From Poseidonia sp. (GTDB taxonomy: Archaea; Thermoplasmatota; Poseidoniia; Poseidoniales; Poseidoniaceae), in the NCBI GenBank assembly GCA_016778305.1, contig JADHPT010000002.1, positions 3,649 through 67,648 on the forward strand: a DNA stretch of 64,000 nucleotides. Direction: 5' to 3'. Shown piece after piece: positions 1-10,056 of this stretch. The translations under genes and the position numbers were made by a program. The notes beneath the pieces were generated by a model. It was given only the letters and a program-made list of their open reading frames with translations. It was not told the DNA's origin and searched no databases. Numbering within the stretch: the first letter of the stretch is position 1; each line of letters opens with the position of its first letter.

Positions 1-864
1 AGGTCCTGAAAGAGTCTCTCCGTTATCGCTCGGGCCCCATGAATTTGAATAAATGTCGATGCTTTGGCGCTCGTGCGCCAGCGTATTTGCTTCTCGAACG
101 TCGGTGGTGCTGCATGAAATCAACTGAAGACCTGCCAAACCGGCCATAGGAGCGGCACCAGATACGCCCAAACTATTGTTGCCAACCGCAGCAGCGACTC
201 CGCCGGCAGCCGTACCGTGGGCGTCGTCTGATGCAGGAGTTGGGTCGCCATCGTTGCTGCAATAATCGTAGTCGAGCGTAGGTTCGTAGTGATCGTCAAG
301 GTCAGGGTGGTTCCAGTCAAATCCGTCATCGACCACGCCAATGATGACGCCTTGGCCGCGATATGTATCCCATGCTGCGGTGATGTTCACGTCCTCTCCG
401 AACGTCCCACCAGACTGACCGGTATTGATCAGGTGCCATTGGTCACTCAACTTCGGGTCGTTGGGCACCCAGCGAGGGAGTTGTTCCTGTTCTATCAGCG
501 GATAAAAGACCTCAATGAAGCCTTCATTCTGCATGTTGGTCATTGATTCCAAACCATCGAGGCCGTGATCCACGACCAACCATGCTCCTGGAAGATGGGG
601 GAGTGCCTCACCAACCGGCATATGGCCGATGGCAACCCACGAGGATGTTTGCTCGAGTTGTTCTAAGGAATACTGTGTGAGATCAGTTACTCGTGCGAGA
701 GCAGATTGGACCGACATCGAGTAACTCTCTGAGATAAGATACGTGTCCATATCACTGGCTTGTTCGGGCCCTGCGCGTTCAGTGGAGGATGTTGCTGCGC
801 TCGAAGTAACGGGCAACACCGAGGTCAAAAGAAGCAGTACCAAGACATGCGCTTTCAACCTCAT
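1..864 (-). CDS. Secreted subtilisin/kexin-like S8 serine protease, 5' part only; the gene runs off the window start.
   Basis: Minus-strand ATG at 864 is followed by a signal peptide (MRLKAHVLVLLLLTSVLPVTSSAA). Downstream are the S8 Asp motif GVVDDGFDWNHPDL and the His motif HGTAAGGVAA. The frame stays open to position 1. Confidence 0.75.
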   Translation of the reverse strand, partial: MRLKAHVLVLLLLTSVLPVTSSAATSSTERAGPEQASDMDTYLISESYSMSVQSALARVTDLTQYSLEQLEQTSSWVAIGHMPVGEALPHLPGAWLVVDHGLDGLESMTNMQNEGFIEVFYPLIEQEQLPRWVPNDPKLSDQWHLINTGQSGGTFGEDVNITAAWDTYRGQGVIIGVVDDGFDWNHPDLDDHYEPTLDYDYCSNDGDPTPASDDAHGTAAGGVAAAVGNNSLGVSGAAPMAGLAGLQLISCSTTDVREANTLAHERQSIDIYSNSWGPSDNGETLSGP

Positions 865-1028
865 GGCATTTCCTTGTGCCCTTACCTCATAGGACTAACG
901 GTGCAATGGACTGGCAGATGCACACCATCGGCCCCATTTGGAATCAACTCTGAAGCATGGCCCAATCGAGGCGGTTATCAACATGATGCAAATCAAAGAT
1001 TCATAGGTGAGGGTAAGGAGGCCTCTAC

Positions 1029-1550
1029 ATGGAACGGATGCTGGTCGGTGGAGGATGCTTTTGGTGCGTTGAAGGTGCTTACAAACAAATTCGGGGCGTC
1101 GATTCAGCACTTCCTGCCTATGCTGGAGGACATGACGAGCGTCCAACCTACAGGGCTGTATGTTCTGGAACAACAGGTCACGCAGAGATTGTTGAGGTCG
1201 TCTATGACCCACAGGTCATCGATTACGAAACGCTGCTCGAGGTCTTCTTCACCGTTCACGACCCCACTCAACTCAACCGACAAGGCAACGATGTCGGAAC
1301 CCAGTATCGTAGTTGTATCATGCCGTTAAACGATACGCAACGAATGCTTGCAGAATCTATAATTCAGCGAATGGAGCCTCATTTTGACGCTCCCATCGTC
1401 ACCACAATTGAAGAAGCAATTCACTTTACAATCGCAGAGAAAGAACATCATGACTACTACGCACGTAATCCATATCAGGGGTATTGTGCTGCAGTTGTCG
1501 GACCAAAAATCGCCAAAGTACGAGCCGAACACGCTCACCTTTACGATTGA
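1029..1550 (+). CDS. msrA: Peptide methionine sulfoxide reductase MsrA.
   Basis: GCFWC active-site motif near the N-terminus. Length of 173 aa fits. GGAGG lies 9 bp upstream of the ATG. Confidence 0.85.
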   Translation: MERMLVGGGCFWCVEGAYKQIRGVDSALPAYAGGHDERPTYRAVCSGTTGHAEIVEVVYDPQVIDYETLLEVFFTVHDPTQLNRQGNDVGTQYRSCIMPLNDTQRMLAESIIQRMEPHFDAPIVTTIEEAIHFTIAEKEHHDYYARNPYQGYCAAVVGPKIAKVRAEHAHLYD

Positions 1551-1606
1551 GCCGTCCATTGGTCCCATGGGTGATGTTCAAGAAGCGCCGTGTGCAACCG
1601 CACATC

Positions 1607-3238
1607 ATGGTCAACAGCATACCAATGCCACCCACGCCGGTCAACGAACCCATCCTCGGATACTTGCCGGGAAGTGCTGAACGTGCCGCTCTTGAAGTAG
1701 AATTGAAGCGACAATCAAATGAAATTCTTGAAATTCCTTGCATCATCAATGGTGAAGAAGTCTTCACGGGCGATGTTGTTGAACAGGTCATGCCGCACGA
1801 TCACGGTCACGTGATCGCCCGTGTTCACATGGCTGGCAAGAAAGAAATCGAGGCCGCTATCAGTTCCGCACTTGACGCACATCATATGTGGTCCACCATG
1901 CCTTGGCAGTCTCGTGCTGCTATTTTCCTCAAGGCAAGTGAATTGCTGCGAGGGCCACGACGAGCTGAAATCAACGCCTCAACGATGCTCAATCAATCCA
2001 AAACCTGCCATCAGGCCGAAATTGATTCTGCCTGCGAACTCATTGACTTCTGGCGATTTAATGCTGATTATGCACGACAAATCTACGCTGACTTGCAACC
2101 ACCGGTCTCTCCATCCAGCATGTGGAACTCAAGCGAAGTCCGTCCCTTGGAAGGCTTTGTGTTCTCCGTGACGCCCTTCAACTTCTCGAGCATCGCTGCA
2201 AATTTGCCATCGAGTGCTGCTCTTATGGGCAACGTCGGCGTTTGGAAACCTTCCCGCAATTCCTACGTATCCAACTACCGTTTGATGCGCCTCATGATGG
2301 ATGCTGGTCTGCCCGGTGGCGTCATCAACTTCGTTCCTGGAAAAGCCAGCCTCGTTGGCGGAATGTGTCTTGAGCATCCCGAGTTAGCAGGTATTCACTT
2401 TACAGGTTCAACCCGAGTCTTCCGTCAGATGTGGCGCGATGTTGCGAACAATTTGGAACGCCTCAAGTCCTATCCTCGCATCGTTGGCGAAACAGGGGGT
2501 AAGGACTTCATCGTGGCACACCCAGATTGCGACCAACGCGCCCTTTTGGTGGCTTTGCTCCGTGGCGGATTTGAATTCCAAGGACAAAAGTGCAGTGCCG
2601 CCAGTCGGGCTTATGTTCCAAAGTCAGTATGGAACGCCATCAAAGACGATTATTGCCAAGAAGTGGGTAAGATTACCGTTGGAGACGTTCGTGTCTTCTC
2701 AAATTTCCTTGGCGCTGTTATCGATCAGAAAGCATTTGACAACATCACTGGCTACATTGACCGAGCGGCTGCAAACCCGTCGTGCGAAATCGTGACGGGA
2801 GGCACCTACGACGACAGCAAGGGTTACTTCATTCAACCTACAACAATCGTGTGCAATGATCCAAAGAGCGAGACCATGGTCGAGGAAATCTTTGGCCCAG
2901 TCCTCTCCATCCACGTCTACGAAGACGAGGACTTTGAAGCAACGCTCACCCTCTGCGATGAAACGTCAGAATATGCTTTGACAGGTTCGATCTTTGCTAC
3001 CGACCGAGTGCACGTAGAAACTGCCATGAATGCGCTCCGCTATTCGGCAGGGAATTTCTACATCAACGACAAGCCAACTGGTGCCGTTGTAGGTCAACAA
3101 CCGTTTGGAGGCGCTCGAGGCAGTGGAACCAACGACAAGGCTGGCAGTCCCCTCAACTTGCTGCGCTGGGTCAGCCCACGTTCTATCAAGGAAACATTCG
3201 CGCCTCCACACGAGTGGACCTACGGATTTCTTGGTTGA
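1607..3238 (+). CDS. Delta-1-pyrroline-5-carboxylate dehydrogenase (aldehyde dehydrogenase family).
   Basis: ALDH motifs ETGGKD and GQKCSA plus FTGST are present, with a P5CDH-like N-terminus (PTPVNEPILGY). The ORF-track start at 1484 overlaps msrA. The internal ATG at 1607 (or 1574) is preferred. Confidence 0.8.
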   Translation: MVNSIPMPPTPVNEPILGYLPGSAERAALEVELKRQSNEILEIPCIINGEEVFTGDVVEQVMPHDHGHVIARVHMAGKKEIEAAISSALDAHHMWSTMPWQSRAAIFLKASELLRGPRRAEINASTMLNQSKTCHQAEIDSACELIDFWRFNADYARQIYADLQPPVSPSSMWNSSEVRPLEGFVFSVTPFNFSSIAANLPSSAALMGNVGVWKPSRNSYVSNYRLMRLMMDAGLPGGVINFVPGKASLVGGMCLEHPELAGIHFTGSTRVFRQMWRDVANNLERLKSYPRIVGETGGKDFIVAHPDCDQRALLVALLRGGFEFQGQKCSAASRAYVPKSVWNAIKDDYCQEVGKITVGDVRVFSNFLGAVIDQKAFDNITGYIDRAAANPSCEIVTGGTYDDSKGYFIQPTTIVCNDPKSETMVEEIFGPVLSIHVYEDEDFEATLTLCDETSEYALTGSIFATDRVHVETAMNALRYSAGNFYINDKPTGAVVGQQPFGGARGSGTNDKAGSPLNLLRWVSPRSIKETFAPPHEWTYGFLG

Positions 3239-3239
3239 T

Positions 3240-3563
3240 TCAGGCCGACTCTTGGTGAGTCGGTGAACTTTCAGCCTTTCGGGCCATGCGTGCCTTGTGG
3301 GCTCGCTCTGCTTGCGGAATGATGTACCGGGCAGGATACCGGTTTGAAACAAAGCTGATCAGGTACCATCCGAATGTCAAGAGCGGCGTAGCGACCATGA
3401 CGGTCAGAGCAGCAGCCATGATGAAAAAACCGTCCGTAGCATTCCATGACCATAGGGCACTCAGACCCGTGCACAGTGGCAACCACCAGCGGGCTGCGAA
3501 GCTTGGCGTAGACATTCCCTTGTGATCTTTTCTTGGTGCAAAGGCACTTGCAAGGAGGCTCAT
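3240..3563 (-). CDS. Possible small two-TM membrane protein (107 aa). Uncertain.
   Basis: This ORF fills the gap between the P5CDH and PrsW genes and carries two hydrophobic helices. There is no other support. Confidence 0.2.
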   Translation of the reverse strand: MSLLASAFAPRKDHKGMSTPSFAARWWLPLCTGLSALWSWNATDGFFIMAAALTVMVATPLLTFGWYLISFVSNRYPARYIIPQAERAHKARMARKAESSPTHQESA

Positions 3564-3643
3564 AGACGTGGAAACACATCATAGAGTATTTCAAGCGGCG
3601 TTTTTTTCCAAACGACGGACTCTTCAAATGGTGCGGTGAAGTG

Positions 3644-3655
3644 CGATATATATCC
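3644..3655 (+). promoter_or_regulatory. Candidate archaeal TATA box (cgatatatatcc) about 45 bp upstream of the 3699 start.
   Basis: An AT-rich TATA-like octamer sits in an otherwise GC-balanced intergenic stretch. Spacing is compatible with a short-leader transcript. Confidence 0.25.
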
Positions 3656-3698
3656 GCAATGATGATGGCCACTGCCGAATGCTGTTTTTCAGTGACGA

Positions 3699-5192
3699 AT
3701 GATGGGCGAACTGAGCGGGTACTCATCCTCGATGGTGAACTATGTGCAACCGAACATGCGTCCAATGGTCCCCAACGGGATTCCATTGTCACCAACGCCC
3801 GACCGCCTGACCGTATGGCGGGCTTCAACGCCGTGGCAAACGGTTCGCTCAATGCTGGGCCTGGTGATTGTTTGCTTTTTCATTGCCCAACTTGCAGTAT
3901 TGGTTGTAGCCGGCTATATCGACGGCGACATGAACGGGACGATCGGTCCTTTTGACCCCTTTTTCACCTTCGTGGGAAGTTTGTGCCTTGCTCCCTTCTT
4001 GATGTTGTTTTTCTTTCTGCGAAGACCAAAACTCACCCACAGCATCAATGCCCATCCCAATCCACTCGGCCAGATGACTCATGCACTTGCTGGAGGGTCG
4101 GTGGTTCAGTCAACACAACCGACCTCGGTGAGCCATCACATCTTCCGTTCAACAGCTCCCCTCGAGATGCCGCGCCCGAAGCATCTATGGTTACTTTTTA
4201 TTCTCGGCGTGACCGTTTCGACTGCCTTCCTGTTACCGTTAACCTTGACCGGTGCAAATGTTGTAACGGTGCTTCTGGCAGTGGTCATTGTCTTGCCAGC
4301 CTGGCTGATTGGATTCGCCACACCCGTATTTGCCTGGTGGTCGATTACAAGTCGCCACATGGGCATCACCATGTCCCGCAGGGATGCTGAGTGGATCCTT
4401 GTGGCAGGAATGTTGTCTACCGTCCCTGCTATTATCATCAACTCACTCGTTTCGCCGGTTGTGCTCAACAGTCTTGGTTTTGATGCATATCAGGCGGGGA
4501 GTTGGGGGGAGGGAATGATTCTCTTCTTGTCCGCCCCCATCGGTGAGGAATTATCCAAAGCCCTCGCTGTTCTCTGCTTAAGCCACCTGATCGTCTCACC
4601 CAAGCATGGGTTCTACGTAGGTTCAACGGTTGGACTCGGCTTTGCCCTTCTTGAAAACGCACAGTACATCTTCATGGCATTGCTCAGCGATTATAGCAGC
4701 ATCTCGTACTTTTTCACCGCCTCCTTGAGAGGTTTGAGTTCAATTCCAGGCCATGCCATGTGGACCGGTTTGAGTGGTTATGCCATCGGTTGTTGGCTGG
4801 CAAGAGATAATCGACTGGCCAACATCACGAGTTCAGCCTTTGTCAGCCATGACCCAGAAGCAAGTTGGGTGCTCTACGACAAAACAGGGCAACCCGTATC
4901 GACGGCAGGATGGGCGAATATCCCTTCGGATCGAATGATTCGATTGGTATCTCGCTACGAACGATACGCCTGGTCAATGCCAACCAAACCTCTCAGCGGT
5001 ATCTTCTTGGCGATCTTGGGCCATGGATTGTGGAACGGAACCTCGTGGGGTGTTGGGAGACTGCTCGCAGATTCTGATTCAGTATTGGCAATTCTCCTCC
5101 AACTCGGATGGTTGGTATTGATGGTGCTCACGCTGTGGTTTTGCATTTTACGCTGGTTACCGACCGTTGTATTAGGGTCCAAAGAGACCTGA
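3699..5192 (+). CDS. PrsW-family intramembrane metalloprotease with an N-terminal multi-TM extension.
   Basis: PrsW signature motifs are present: PIGEELSKA (EExxK), FALLENAQY, HAMWTGLSGY and GHGLWNG. The protein is multi-TM. Confidence 0.65.
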   Translation: MMGELSGYSSSMVNYVQPNMRPMVPNGIPLSPTPDRLTVWRASTPWQTVRSMLGLVIVCFFIAQLAVLVVAGYIDGDMNGTIGPFDPFFTFVGSLCLAPFLMLFFFLRRPKLTHSINAHPNPLGQMTHALAGGSVVQSTQPTSVSHHIFRSTAPLEMPRPKHLWLLFILGVTVSTAFLLPLTLTGANVVTVLLAVVIVLPAWLIGFATPVFAWWSITSRHMGITMSRRDAEWILVAGMLSTVPAIIINSLVSPVVLNSLGFDAYQAGSWGEGMILFLSAPIGEELSKALAVLCLSHLIVSPKHGFYVGSTVGLGFALLENAQYIFMALLSDYSSISYFFTASLRGLSSIPGHAMWTGLSGYAIGCWLARDNRLANITSSAFVSHDPEASWVLYDKTGQPVSTAGWANIPSDRMIRLVSRYERYAWSMPTKPLSGIFLAILGHGLWNGTSWGVGRLLADSDSVLAILLQLGWLVLMVLTLWFCILRWLPTVVLGSKET

Positions 5193-5273
5193 TTTCTTTC
5201 AGATACGGGTCATGGCTTCAAAAGGCGACCATTGTTCGCTTTGCTTGCGACATGTATTGACATGCAGTAAAAG

Positions 5274-6050
5274 GTGGTTGCAGCCATGGAATTCTTTGTG
5301 AGCGGACCCAACACAGGGAACCTCATCGTCACTGCCTTCCTCATCGGCGCCTTATTGGTTCTCTCTTCACGCGCTAAGATGCTCGATAAGAAAGGAGCCA
5401 ATGCGGCAGCCATACTGGGTTTGGTGGTTGGAGGTCTTGGACATTGGACCTGGCTACTGATTCTTCTCGGCTTTCTTCTTTGTTCTCACAAAGCTACCAA
5501 GTGGAAGTTCGATGAGAAAACAGCCCTCGGCTTGTGTGAGTCAAGTGACGGCCACCGCGGATGGACCAATGTGGTCGCCAACGGTGCAATACCCGGCCTG
5601 GTCTGCATTTTCGCCTACCTCTCCGAAGACTATGACGCCATCATTTGGATGTTTGGAGCAGCAGTTGCTGTTGCCACAGCAGATACATTTGCGAGTGAAA
5701 TTGGATGCCTTGACACACGCGTCCGTATGATCACGACCTTCAAACCATGCGAACGAGGTGAAAACGGTGGCTTCTCACCCAATGGCCAACTCGCAGCAGC
5801 GGCTGGTTCGGTCGTTGTTGCCCTCCTCACCTTCTCCGCATGGGGATTGACCCAAACAAGTTCATCCTTCCAAGAAGGAATGCCCATCTTCCTGGTCCTG
5901 ACCCTCATCGGCTGGCTTGGCTGCCAAGTCGACAGTTATCTCGGAGCATTATTTGAGAACCGTGGCTACCTCACCAAAGGAGGCGTCAACGGTCTTGCCA
6001 TTCTAAGCGGCGTACTTCTCATGTGGTTCTACCTTGGAAGCCCGTTGTGA
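5274..6050 (+). CDS. DUF92/TMEM19-family integral membrane protein.
   Basis: Polytopic membrane protein with the GWTNVVANG and FASEIG motifs typical of DUF92. Confidence 0.55.
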   Translation: MVAAMEFFVSGPNTGNLIVTAFLIGALLVLSSRAKMLDKKGANAAAILGLVVGGLGHWTWLLILLGFLLCSHKATKWKFDEKTALGLCESSDGHRGWTNVVANGAIPGLVCIFAYLSEDYDAIIWMFGAAVAVATADTFASEIGCLDTRVRMITTFKPCERGENGGFSPNGQLAAAAGSVVVALLTFSAWGLTQTSSSFQEGMPIFLVLTLIGWLGCQVDSYLGALFENRGYLTKGGVNGLAILSGVLLMWFYLGSPL

Positions 6051-6101
6051 GAATAGACTTGAGGGCATTGGATTCTTGAACTGAGACCCATTGGTCGGTT
6101 C

Positions 6102-8408
6102 ATGGGGCGTCAATTCTGGGTCATCGGCGCCCTTTTCTTGATGCTCACGCTCTCGGTGTCAAGTACGGTCACTGCCAACACCGAAGAGAATTTTGAACCA
6201 GGCTTTGTTGAATGGACCGTGATACCTCACGAACGCTTATTCGTTGAGGGTGCAGACGTTGAGGAAGCAGTACTGCAACGAGGTCAAACCGATTCGGCCG
6301 TTGGTGGATTAACGATTGGCGTCACCAACGAGGCTGTGCCCGTGTTCACGCTCCAGAGCCCCCCTGTTGAGCAGGTGATTGAAACCAATGTCATGATGAG
6401 CGTCTATTTTTCCGTCATTCTTGACGGAGGTGGCGGTCCACAAACATGTACCCGTCAAACCTTTGTTGATTCATCAACCACGCTGTATTATTCCGTCAAC
6501 GTTGCCGGAAGCGAGGTTTACAGTACCAGCGTGAACCAAGTCGTGGACACCGTTACTGAAAATGACGCTATGAATTTTTCCGGAGAGATGCAAAATGTAT
6601 CCCTTAGTTTGGCTCCAGGCGACACATTTACACTGAGTGTATCTATTCACCACCAGTGTATCGGTACGCAGGCAAGGGTGCAGTGGGGTGGATTTGAACA
6701 CAACAGTGGTGGCATCATCATGGAGGGTGTTATCTTCCAACCCGAAGCACGCATATTGGTGGATGCCTCCCGCCTCGCACACGTTGAATTTGAGCATCGT
6801 CTTCCATGGGGCCTCGAAGACCTTCGGGACGAGAAGTGGGAGATTTGGGGGCCACTGGACCCATCTGAAAAGAGCATCCGAGACGGCGAATATTTGATCG
6901 AGACCAGTGCAGGTCGCATCCGAATGACCCGTGATCTGGGTGGCAACGATACCGTCTATACTTGGTCGGGTAGCAAAACACTGCCCGTCGGTGAACTCAA
7001 CCTCCAGATTTGCATGCGGACCGTGGCTGGTGACCTCAACAACGACTGTCACGCTGAAGGTATTGTTCGATTTGAAGTAACGGAGGGAGATGATGGCTTT
7101 GCAAACGCTTCCTTGTGGCTGAGTATCACCACCTTCTTGGCTCTTGCAGGTTATATCGTCAACGCCTTACGAAGTGGCTTACTTTTGCCCCTTCCTATTC
7201 TCGGTGCCTTGTTCGTCTTGGCCCTTTTGACCATACCCACGGTCTTTGACCAACCCAATCTCGGCGCCGACGCGAGTATTCTTGATAATACAAAGGTCCT
7301 TGATTCAACACTTATCGGTCTGGATGGAAATGAAATCAAGGTCAGTGAATTGCTCGACGGACATGAAGCTCTCGTCGTTGGCATGATGTTACCCGGCTCA
7401 GAAAACGCATTGACGCAAGCCAATGAATTCAATCGAACCCTCGATCAATTGGGTGAGCGTATCAACGTGATTCACGTCGTGACGGGCGAAGATGCGAGGC
7501 TCAGCGATGCCAATTCAGTCGCCATGGCAACCAACAGTACGTGGACCGTGTATCTTGATGAAAACAGGGCCTTCGCTAGCAGTTTACCCGACGGTGCCTC
7601 GGATTCTGTACTCGTCCTCGATCCTGCCATGCACGTTACCTTCTCGCAGCCTTCATCTGCAGCCATGCTCGATATCGTTGAAGCCGTTGACGCCATCAAA
7701 TCGGGGGGTCCAAGTTCGCCAGGCGTCTATTTCGGACTCTTGCTGGGACCAGGTCTCTTCTTGCTCTTCTTAGCACTTCCAAGAGAGGAGTGGACTGCAC
7801 CGGATGAACCGCTTCCCCCAGGACTCTTGTGGGGCTCAATCATCGTCGCATCGGGTGCAGGTTTGTTCCTTGTCAACCTTCCAGCACTGCTGGTCACCTT
7901 GCTTCCCGTTGGGATGTCAATACGCTTTATCCTCGACATCGTGATGATGCTTTGGATGTTGGAGATGTGCTTCTTCACTGCCAAGCGAGGCTCCCCCTAC
8001 GAAGCAGACCTTCTTGGAAAACTCATTCATTCAGCCTTCCCTGCTGGATTCCGTGAATGGCGCGACCCAGTGGACATGGACAGAGATGTCCTATTGGGTA
8101 TCTGGTTGGGCTGGTTTGGCTGGCTAAGTTTCCCCTACCTCTTCCCTCAATCTGTTGGCGCGACGGCACTTGCAGGTGGTAGTGGGCTTGCCATGGCTTC
8201 CTTCTTCCTGCTCCTCTTCATATTCACAGGCGGGTTCGTGGTCCTCATGCTGCGAATCGTAGCATCGTGGGGCGGTCCGTTCTCGAGACTCTTTGGTAAG
8301 TTTGGAGGCGAAGTATTCGCCCAATTTGTCGGATGGATTCTCACGCCGATCGCACTTTGGATGGCCCTCAGCACTGTGATCAGTGCCATTGAGCTCGGTG
8401 TTCTTTGA
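6102..8408 (+). CDS. Large exported/membrane protein (768 aa).
   Basis: It has a signal peptide, a ~330-aa extracellular domain and a TM segment. A cysteine-free thioredoxin-like/TlpA-like region follows, then a C-terminal multi-TM block. Confidence 0.6.
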   Translation: MGRQFWVIGALFLMLTLSVSSTVTANTEENFEPGFVEWTVIPHERLFVEGADVEEAVLQRGQTDSAVGGLTIGVTNEAVPVFTLQSPPVEQVIETNVMMSVYFSVILDGGGGPQTCTRQTFVDSSTTLYYSVNVAGSEVYSTSVNQVVDTVTENDAMNFSGEMQNVSLSLAPGDTFTLSVSIHHQCIGTQARVQWGGFEHNSGGIIMEGVIFQPEARILVDASRLAHVEFEHRLPWGLEDLRDEKWEIWGPLDPSEKSIRDGEYLIETSAGRIRMTRDLGGNDTVYTWSGSKTLPVGELNLQICMRTVAGDLNNDCHAEGIVRFEVTEGDDGFANASLWLSITTFLALAGYIVNALRSGLLLPLPILGALFVLALLTIPTVFDQPNLGADASILDNTKVLDSTLIGLDGNEIKVSELLDGHEALVVGMMLPGSENALTQANEFNRTLDQLGERINVIHVVTGEDARLSDANSVAMATNSTWTVYLDENRAFASSLPDGASDSVLVLDPAMHVTFSQPSSAAMLDIVEAVDAIKSGGPSSPGVYFGLLLGPGLFLLFLALPREEWTAPDEPLPPGLLWGSIIVASGAGLFLVNLPALLVTLLPVGMSIRFILDIVMMLWMLEMCFFTAKRGSPYEADLLGKLIHSAFPAGFREWRDPVDMDRDVLLGIWLGWFGWLSFPYLFPQSVGATALAGGSGLAMASFFLLLFIFTGGFVVLMLRIVASWGGPFSRLFGKFGGEVFAQFVGWILTPIALWMALSTVISAIELGVL

Positions 8409-8446
8409 CGACGAGCGTTATACACGTTGATGTTCAACGCTTGCGT

Positions 8447-9361
8447 ATGCATCACCGCCAACCCCATTGGAGTCAAACCAGTCAGCGCCTGTTCACAGAA
8501 TGCCCGCGAGCATGGGCACACGAATATGCTTTTTTGGAGCAGGGTAAACCACCTCGCCGTGGTTCCTCAAGACCACGAACCTTTGATGAGATCACCGTTC
8601 GTGTTGCCCGTTTGATTTGGATTGAGCGCCTCAACGATCAGTACCAGCGAAAGATATGGAGTGATATCTATCGCAGGAGGAGAATTTCATCTACGATGGA
8701 TGAAATGTTGTGGAGCGCAAGAATGAACGCAAGCGAATTGCGGAAGGCAACTGCCATTCATCGAGTAGCAGAACAATTGAGAAGTCTTGAACAGAGTTCG
8801 ATGCTGCGTATTGTCTTTGGAGAACAAGGTAAACGGTGGGTGTATTTCCAACGTCAAGAAAAGGTAGAACTCAACGGCATTGACCTCTTTGCAGCGCCAG
8901 ATATTGCCGTCTTCCACCAAGACAAATGGACGCTCATCAGAATACGCTTTCGCACAAGTAAGTGGCTACCAACTATTGACCTAGAGCACCGTTTAATGGC
9001 ACACTGGGCGGTTCAACAACCTGGCTTCCCCTCGTCGGCCAACGAATACAGAATCCGTGAACTCGCCTGGTCCCGTGGGGTTTGGAGAGAGCAGCGTATT
9101 GAATTCGATGAAAAAGGAATGGATGAAGCCCTCGACCTTCTTCTTCACGATGTTCAAGAAATGCGGTGGACACAACGTATGGCCTTAGCAGATCCTTCCC
9201 TTGACATATTGCCTCTTGCATTAAGCGAGCGAAGTTGCAGGATTTGCTCTCACCGAGAAACTTGCCCCGCCAAGGATGGATTGCAGAAGGCCAAACAGAG
9301 ACAGCGTGACTATCTGACGACGTTGGATTCAAAGCGTAGCGATCAGGTCAGCGAGCACTGA
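8447..9361 (+). CDS. Cas4/RecB-like PD-(D/E)xK nuclease with a 4-Cys Fe-S signature. ORF-track start is TTG at 8405; ATG at 8447 is used.
   Basis: N-terminal motif SQRLFTECPRAWAHEY (the CPR cysteine) and a C-terminal CRICSHRETC triad (C-x2-C-x5-C). The central motifs are degenerate. The ORF-track start overlaps the stop of the upstream membrane gene by 4 bp. Confidence 0.5.
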   Translation: MHHRQPHWSQTSQRLFTECPRAWAHEYAFLEQGKPPRRGSSRPRTFDEITVRVARLIWIERLNDQYQRKIWSDIYRRRRISSTMDEMLWSARMNASELRKATAIHRVAEQLRSLEQSSMLRIVFGEQGKRWVYFQRQEKVELNGIDLFAAPDIAVFHQDKWTLIRIRFRTSKWLPTIDLEHRLMAHWAVQQPGFPSSANEYRIRELAWSRGVWREQRIEFDEKGMDEALDLLLHDVQEMRWTQRMALADPSLDILPLALSERSCRICSHRETCPAKDGLQKAKQRQRDYLTTLDSKRSDQVSEH

Positions 9362-10006
9362 AGCAACATCTTCGGCCTTTGTCACGCCGCTTGCCAAGAG
9401 TACACCCTCTGCACCCAATTCCAGTGCTTTGGCTACGTCGTTGCCGTTTTTGACACCAGCCCCACACAATACCCGGACATTGGGGTTCACGGATTTAACA
9501 GCTGCAACCGTATCGCTCACGATAGAAGGATCTGCCGTTGTCACTGAAATATCTCCTCCAATCAATTCGGGTGGTTCAACAGCGATGTAGGTGGGGTTGA
9601 GTGCTGCAAGTGCTCGTGCTTCATGGACGTCGGCAGCGCAAGCACAGACGGGAAAACCCTCTGGCAGCATCGCCAGTAATTGTTCTACATGGTCCAACGG
9701 AACCTTATGTTCTGCGTGATTGATGATACTTCCAGATGCCCCACGGGCGAGAGCCGTTGTTGGTTCAAGCCAGCCAGTATAGCCTCCCAAACCCACAGGA
9801 TCTAGGTGTTGAGACCAAACTTCAACGTGTTCTGAAGCCTGAGAAAGGAGCGCCAGATCAAAGGCAGAAACGACAGCAACCATCGTAGCAGGGCCCGTAG
9901 CATGTGCCTCCATGGCCTCCAAAAGAACTTGAGCGGCATCACCCGATGCACTGGCATAGGTTTTGAAATTCACGACAATCAATGGCCTTGTCATAGACAG
10001 AGCCAA
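9329..10006 (-). CDS. tpiA: Triosephosphate isomerase, archaeal type.
   Basis: 225 aa, with IVVNFKTYASASG at the N-terminus and the archaeal TIM architecture. Confidence 0.85.
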   Translation of the reverse strand: MALSMTRPLIVVNFKTYASASGDAAQVLLEAMEAHATGPATMVAVVSAFDLALLSQASEHVEVWSQHLDPVGLGGYTGWLEPTTALARGASGSIINHAEHKVPLDHVEQLLAMLPEGFPVCACAADVHEARALAALNPTYIAVEPPELIGGDISVTTADPSIVSDTVAAVKSVNPNVRVLCGAGVKNGNDVAKALELGAEGVLLASGVTKAEDVASVLADLIATL

Positions 10007-10056
10007 CGGCCCATTGGTTTTGAGGTTTCATCCTCCCCACCCGGAAAGAGAAGGAA

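Noticed and set aside
1484-1606. ORF-track start of the P5C dehydrogenase at 1484, overlapping msrA by 67 bp.
   Set aside because: The first about 40 residues are low-complexity (MCCSCRTKNRQST...). Conserved ALDH/P5CDH sequence begins after the internal ATG at 1607.
3659-3714. C/D-box sRNA-like arrangement (AATGATGA ... ATGATGG ... CTGA) upstream of or within the start of the PrsW gene.
   Set aside because: The spacing between the C'-like box and the D box is only 5 nt, so there is no room for a guide. There is no proper D' box (CTGT, not CTGA). The ATGATG strings are explained by Met codons of an alternative N-terminal reading of the PrsW ORF.
6474-7052. Minus-strand ORFs of 192, 99 and 83 aa inside the 768-aa membrane protein gene.
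   Set aside because: They overlap a long, coherent plus-strand ORF carrying a signal peptide and TM domains. No motifs are present. They are likely shadow ORFs.
8405-8446. TTG start at 8405 for the Cas4-like gene (4-bp overlap with the upstream stop).
   Set aside because: Possible, but the in-frame ATG at 8447 precedes the conserved N-terminal motif directly. The feature is reported from 8447 and the coupling is flagged in a finding instead.
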